DNA of 63,421 bases, counting the filler, from Pelomyxa schiedti (Eukaryota > Protista > Evosea), in NCBI GenBank assembly GCA_020536535.1. It is 22 parts of 22 records of this genome, joined end to end, with 100 filler letters (N's around TTAATTAATTAA, not from the genome) between each part and the next. Parts side by side here need not be neighbours in the genome. Positions count along the whole stretch, not along the records: positions 57,507 to 59,022 come from JAHLWZ010002453.1; positions 59,123 to 63,421 come from JAHLWZ010001610.1; 20 more parts are not named here. One strand, given 5' to 3'. The position numbers and the translations under genes are program-made. The notes under the pieces are model-generated. The model saw only the letters and a list, made by a program, of their open reading frames with translations, made no database searches and was not told where the DNA came from. Shown one piece after another: positions 58,046-63,421 of this stretch; the stretch's first letter is position 1; each line of letters starts with the position of its first letter.

Positions 58046-58190
58046 GTGGCTCTGTTGTGGGAGTGTTCAGTTAAGTTTGGCGGCGGCTCTGTTCAGTTAA
58101 GTTTGGTGGCTCTGTTGTGGGAGTGAGCGGGACTTCACTTCAGTTCAGTTAAGTTTGGCGGTGGCGGCGGAGGAGGACTTCAGTTCATAG
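58046..58190. repeat. Interleaved short direct repeats
   Basis: GTTCAGTTAAGTTTGG x3 (58065, 58091, 58143) and GTGGCTCTGTTGTGGGAGTG x2 (58046, 58106). Confidence 0.8.
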
Positions 58191-58318
58191 GCGGTTCTAT
58201 GGACAACCGCACAACCCAAGGTGGCTTCATTGTGGCTTCCTTCCAACTGTATTTTTTGTGGAACCTTCAACAAACAAATTTTCTTTTGGTGGTTTTTTTT
58301 TGTTGCTGCTATTGCTTT

Positions 58319-59022
58319 TTAGTTGGTTCTTGTGATTGCGTGGGTGTAGAAGGTGCAGCGGTTGTTGTTGTAGTGGGAGTTTTGTGGACAATGACTATTT
58401 TTATGCCTGAGGAAGATGTGGATGGCTTTGTGACCTGGGACGAGTCTGCTGGTGAAATGGGTTGTGGGATGTGACTGTTGCTGGGCGGGGGCAGAGGGAT
58501 TTGCTGCTGTTGGTGATGTCGTTGCTGTGGTTGTGGTCTTTGATGATGCCGTTTGCTTGTTTTGTTGGGTTGTGGGCCGATTTAGCCGGTTGGCTGCGGC
58601 TACTTCCTCTCGGGTTGTGGACTTGAAGCCGAGAAAGTCGGGCCTGGACACATACTTTTTCTTCTTGCCCTTGGAAGATGCTGATGGTTGCTGTTGCTGC
58701 GGCGGCTGTGGTTGTTGCTGCTGTGGAATTATGGATTGTTGCACCAGAGGTGGAGCGACAGTTGCTGATGCAGAAGTGGAGTAATATACCGGAGTGCGTT
58801 GAGAGGGGGCGGAAGCTGCTTTTTGTGGAGGAGGGATGTGGAAAGTTGCGGAGTTTTTGAAGAGGGCTGTTTCTTCTTTTTGTCCTTTGGTGCGGCAGTT
58901 ATGGCTGGGATTGCGGGTGCATTCTTTGTCACTTGAATTGTTATTTTGGTGTTTGTCACCTTTGACTCCACAGTGGTTGTGACTATGGTGGGTGGCGGGG
59001 GCACCAACTTTTTTGAGGATAT
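58319..59022 (-). CDS. Low-complexity Lys/Gln/Thr-rich protein fragment
   Basis: Overlapping ORFs 58729-59007 and 58319-58744 with basic NLS-like runs (KDKKKK, KGKKKK). Confidence 0.35.
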
Positions 59023-59522
59023 NNNNNNNNNNNNNNNNNNNNNNNNNNNNNNNNNNNNNNNNNNNNTTAATTAATTAANNNNNNNNNNNNNNNNNNNNNN
59101 NNNNNNNNNNNNNNNNNNNNNNACAGATGTGAGATAGAGTGGGGTGTGCAAGGGCAAGAGGGTGGTGGGTGTGGAGGTGAGGTGGATGTCAGTCCTTCTG
59201 GCATCTGTGGAATTGTTGAGTGTGGTGAAGATAAAAGGGGAGAGGGGATGTAAATTGGTGACAGGCTCTCAGCTACGAAGCTGGCAAGGCACCATCTATA
59301 ATAATAATAATAGAGGTGAGAGACTGAAAAAGAAAAAAAGGAGACACATACCAGTGTCGCTTGTGCCGGAAATGCCGAAAACGCTAGCACTGTGCAACAC
59401 TGGGAGGGCTGTTCAAGGTTGAATGGTGGGGGAAAAAAAAAACCTGATATTGGAGGTGAGGCAAGATTGAGGGTGTAAATGAACCTGAGAAATAAAATTA
59501 AATACATTTTAAATAAAATAGC

Positions 59523-60547
59523 TCAATAAACAAATAAATATACTGTTGGCAGAAGCTGCCCTGCACCCCACGCACCATGCACCACGCACCACGCACCAAT
59601 GAGGCACTTTGGTTCTGTGAGTCCATGGGATGTTGCTGTGGCTGCTATTGCACAGGTTCCACTGCGGTAGCCGGCGTAAGACTGGGAGGGAGAGTGGGTG
59701 CTGTTGCCGTTACTATAATTGTAGTTGTTTATAGTAGTGTGGTGGGTTGTATTGTGGTGGTGATTCTGGGACCACCGGTAGTTGTTCGTTAGTGTGTTGA
59801 CTACACTTTCCGTTTCCATTGGTTTGGTTGCTGGTGCAGATGGGGGAGTGGGTGCAGTTGTGATGGGTGTACTGTTGCTCACCTCTAGAGACTCAGTCAC
59901 AAGAAGTTTCCAAAACTCCATAACAAGGTCACCGGCGATTTTGGAGTCCTCAAACACTAGTGCTAGTCTCCTCTTGAAATCAGATGGTGTGACGTGGGAC
60001 TGAAGGTTTTTCAGTATGAAGTACTGGAGAATTGAGTCCGGCTCTCCCATTAGGTGTGCTACTCGCCCAAAAAGCCGGTAATCAATATGGTCGCTGAGAA
60101 TCGCGTTCTGTGGAATTTCAGAAATGAAACGTTTGTTATTTCTTACGTTACAAAACTTCCATACTCTCCGGTGTTCATTTCAAGTGGGTACAAAGGTGAA
60201 AGAGGGTATTGCAGTGCCCTGCTAAAGGTGTCAGGATGGTATTGTTCCAGATGCCGGTCAATATAATAATAATATCAGAATATAATATGATCGGAGTCAT
60301 TAATAGGTTTACTGTCAATGCCTGATGGTAATGTAGTATCACTATACATTCCTTATCTTTTGAAAAAGGGAGTCAGCAGTTTACCAACTGGATTATCTGT
60401 TGGGCGGAACAGAAGGAGGGGTGAAATTGACATAAGCATTTCGTGTTGGCTCATCAGAGCGCGGTCCACCCTCCATTTCCAGCGCCATTGACATTGACCT
60501 TGAGGCGTCGCATCTGCCGACACCGCTGCCTCCGCGATCGTATGCAT
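59523..60547 (-). CDS. PWI-domain protein (RBM25/Snu71-type PWI), multi-exon; boundaries approximate
   Basis: MGEPDSILQYFILKNLQSHVTPSDFKRRLALVFEDSKIAGDLVMEFWKLLVTES fits the PWI pattern (GE.E..LV.FI...V....P......L..V.D..A..FV..MWRLL..E). Confidence 0.65.
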
Positions 60548-60798
60548 GGCCGTTTGTGCGCTGGTCTAGATCTTGAGTACGACGAGAACTGGTGTTAGTG
60601 TGCTGCCGTTAACACGCGGTGGAGATACAGACGGAGACGACACCGGAGATGGGAGTATGACTTCTAGCCGGATCTGCGACCAACGGGCGTCTCCAACAGC
60701 ACCACCAGGCGACACCCGCGACACGGTTTGTCTTTGAATTTCTGCGTTTTTTCGTTGTTTTTCCCTCCTCAGCGCAAAGGGATAATAATAACTCGACG

Positions 60799-63421
60799 GT
60801 GATGATTACCAACAGCGTTTCGGATAGAGGAGGCGCCACCACCACCGACGACGATGCGTTGCAGCCACACTGCAACCCCAGCAACGGCGGAGGTGACGTC
60901 GTAGCGAATTATGGGACTCCCACTGCTGATTCCCCCGACGACGTTGTTGTCGGGGTGGTGGTGGTGCAAGATGAGACAGTGAAAGACGCCACAGCAAAAT
61001 CACCAGAAACGAAACGGCGCAGGACAAGAGCAACAACAACAACAGGAAAAACAACCACAGCCAGCGTGGGCGTCGATGTTGTTGACACAACGGCAGTCCA
61101 TTCTTATGATCAAATGTGGAGTGACAAAATTGCTGCTGCCTGTTCATGTACAAAGAGCACACAAATAATATTGTTATTATATAATACATGGCACTCACAC
61201 TCACTACACATTTTTTTGAAAAAGATGGAGGAGGGGAGAAGAACCCTCAGAACAAACTGATGATTGAAGCCCTGCACCAGTTGGAGCTGGGCAACATCAG
61301 TTCCGCTGTTGGACTTGTCTCACAGGCATACTCTCACTTCATCAACAACTCTGATCCCGATTCAGTCTTCACTTTGTCTCCTCCTGGTTTGTTTCACTTC
61401 ACTCTTTTTCACTCATGTTCCTCCTGGTGGTAGGGTGTTGTGATTAACCAATCTTGCCAAACAGAGAGTGACGATGACAAACCGAAACAGCAGCACTACC
61501 TTCCAGGGTTGTTGTTCCTTTATGGACTGAGCAAACTCACACCAAATTGTGAGAAGCTCTACCACGAGATTATCCCACCAGATTTGTCCACTGCTTTTTC
61601 CTTTGCAATTTCAACTGCAGTTTCTAAGTTGAGACAGTTCTGCCACACCATTCTGCGACTAAATACAACAAGAAAACCACCAGGAGGGGGGAGGCCCCAA
61701 GTGATTGATGAGTGGAACAGCTTGCTTTCAGCAGTGGCATCACCCCACCACATTACAAGTCACCCCCCCACTTCAGCCCCTCCTCAGTCATCATCACCAA
61801 CACCAACAACAACATCGTCATCAGGGTGGTGTGACCAAAGCATGGACTCTTCCTCTCTCATCATCGTTGCAACACACCAGAACACTGACCCATTGTCCTC
61901 TTCCTCCTCCTCATCGTCATCATCATCAATGAGAAGATTCCAATCATCCTCGTCGTGGTCGTGTTCATACTTTGTTGCACTCTGGATGGTATTTTGTTGG
62001 GAGGACCGTGGTGAAAAAAGCATGCTTCTGGCTGACCTTTCTGCAAAAGAAGAAGTTCCTCCTCCTTCCGTTGAACCTGCTGCGACTATGAGCACTTCAG
62101 CAGGCGGACATCCCTCACCACAATCTCCACCAACCCTCTTGAGGTGTGCCTGCATTACTCTGCTGGGGCATTTACTTCATTACAACCACCCAAGACGAGA
62201 TACCAACAGAGCAACTTCAATGTGGGAGAGTGCTGCGAGTCAAGGTTGCACGACTGCAATGTGGGAGCTGGCCTTGCTTTGTGAAAATGAGGGAGCACAC
62301 CAGAAGGCTGCCTCACTTTATCAGATGGCTGCTGACTCTGGTGACCCACGTGCAATTTGTTCACTTGGAGTCTGTTGCTACATTGGGAGGGGTGTTGACA
62401 AGGACACAAAAAAAGCCTTTGGGTTGTATCAGAGGGCTGCTGAGGGTGGATGCACCACTCCATTTGACAACCTGGCTGAGTGTTACTACTATGGCAACGG
62501 TGTTGAAAAAAACTTATGCAAGGCTGCTGAGCTCTACCGGCAGGCCATTGATGCGGGAGACACAAGTTGTGCCTATGATCTTGGATACTGTTACGAACAT
62601 GGGGAGGGTGTTGCCAGGGACACCACGAGAGCAGCAGCACTGTATCAGAGGGCTGCTGATGCTGGCACCCGTGAAGCCATTCACAGCCTGGCTGAGTGTT
62701 ACTACAATGGCACAGGCGTGGAGAAAGATTTACACAAGGCCGCAATTCTCTTCCAGCAGGCCATTGATGCTGGAAGCATCTGTTCTGCGTGTGAACTTGG
62801 ACTCTGTTACTACAAAGGTGAGGGTGTTCAAAGGGACAGAAGCAGAGCGGTGGCCCTGTATAAGAGGGCTGCTGATGCTGGAACACCTGAAGCCATGCGC
62901 AAACTGGGTGAGTGTTATTTCAACGGTAGTGGTGTTGACAAAGATCCCACGAGAGCAGCAGCATTGTATCAGCAGGCTGCTGATGCTGGGCTCCCTGCTT
63001 CCATGTGCGATCTGGCTGAATGCTATGAAGATGGCACTGGGGTCAAGCAAGACTTCAACAAGGCTGCTGCGTTGTATCAGAGGGCTGCTGATGGCGGCAG
63101 TGGCAGGTGCCCAAGGGCACTCTACCGCCTTGCAAAGTGTTACCGCGATGGCCTGGGAGTCCAACAAGACTTCCCAAAGGCAGCAATGCTGCTCCAGCAG
63201 GCCCTCGATGAGGGGTACACCTTTGCTGCGTATAACCTTGGAGTCTGCTATGACAATGGGATTGGTGTTGATAAAGACCCAACCAGAGCAGCACATTTGT
63301 TTCAGAAGGCTGCCGATGATGATAAAAACCAAGAAGCCATGCACAACCTGGCTGTTTATTATTATGGTGGAACAGGTGTCAAGCAAGACTTCAGCAAGGC
63401 TGCAGCTCTCTTCCAGCAGGC
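60799..63421 (+). CDS. Sel1-like repeat protein, multi-exon, 3'-truncated
   Basis: From ~62280 about ten 36-aa SLR units (A...LG.CY..G.GV.KD...AA.LYQRAADAG), open to the window end; the 5' exon structure is approximate. Confidence 0.88.

Overview
This is eukaryotic DNA, not prokaryotic. It is a pseudo-scaffold of 22 short contigs joined by 21 artificial N-TTAATTAATTAA-N linkers, so adjacency across linkers means nothing. Genes carry short (mostly ~45-55 nt) GT-AG introns and low-complexity Ser/Thr/Gln tracts. From memory, the gene families resemble those of an amoebozoan such as the archamoeba Pelomyxa (inference, not checked). Recognisable genes are a 7-intron Rab1-like GTPase, a class I fructose-bisphosphate aldolase (3' part), a PWI-domain protein, two Sel1-repeat proteins and three MORN-repeat proteins (one with a C-terminal RING). 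Two expanded families dominate. (i) About 12 copies of an uncharacterised family have a conserved N-terminal 'A.[DS]Q..AL...HPRCG..SPAR.LP...I...WV' box (F-box/SOCS-box-like) and a beta-rich body with hypervariable, mosaic loops. (ii) Tandem TRIM-like RING/B-box/B-box/coiled-coil genes have unrelated C-terminal domains. Together they suggest a diversifying, ubiquitin-ligase-based recognition repertoire (hypothesis). Also present: head-to-head gene pairs only 47-67 bp apart, an LTR-like terminal repeat with a conserved hairpin (4 copies), decayed RT/RNase H and gag relics, two related palindromic transposon-end-like arrays, a 3' half of a tRNA-Leu, and several minisatellites.
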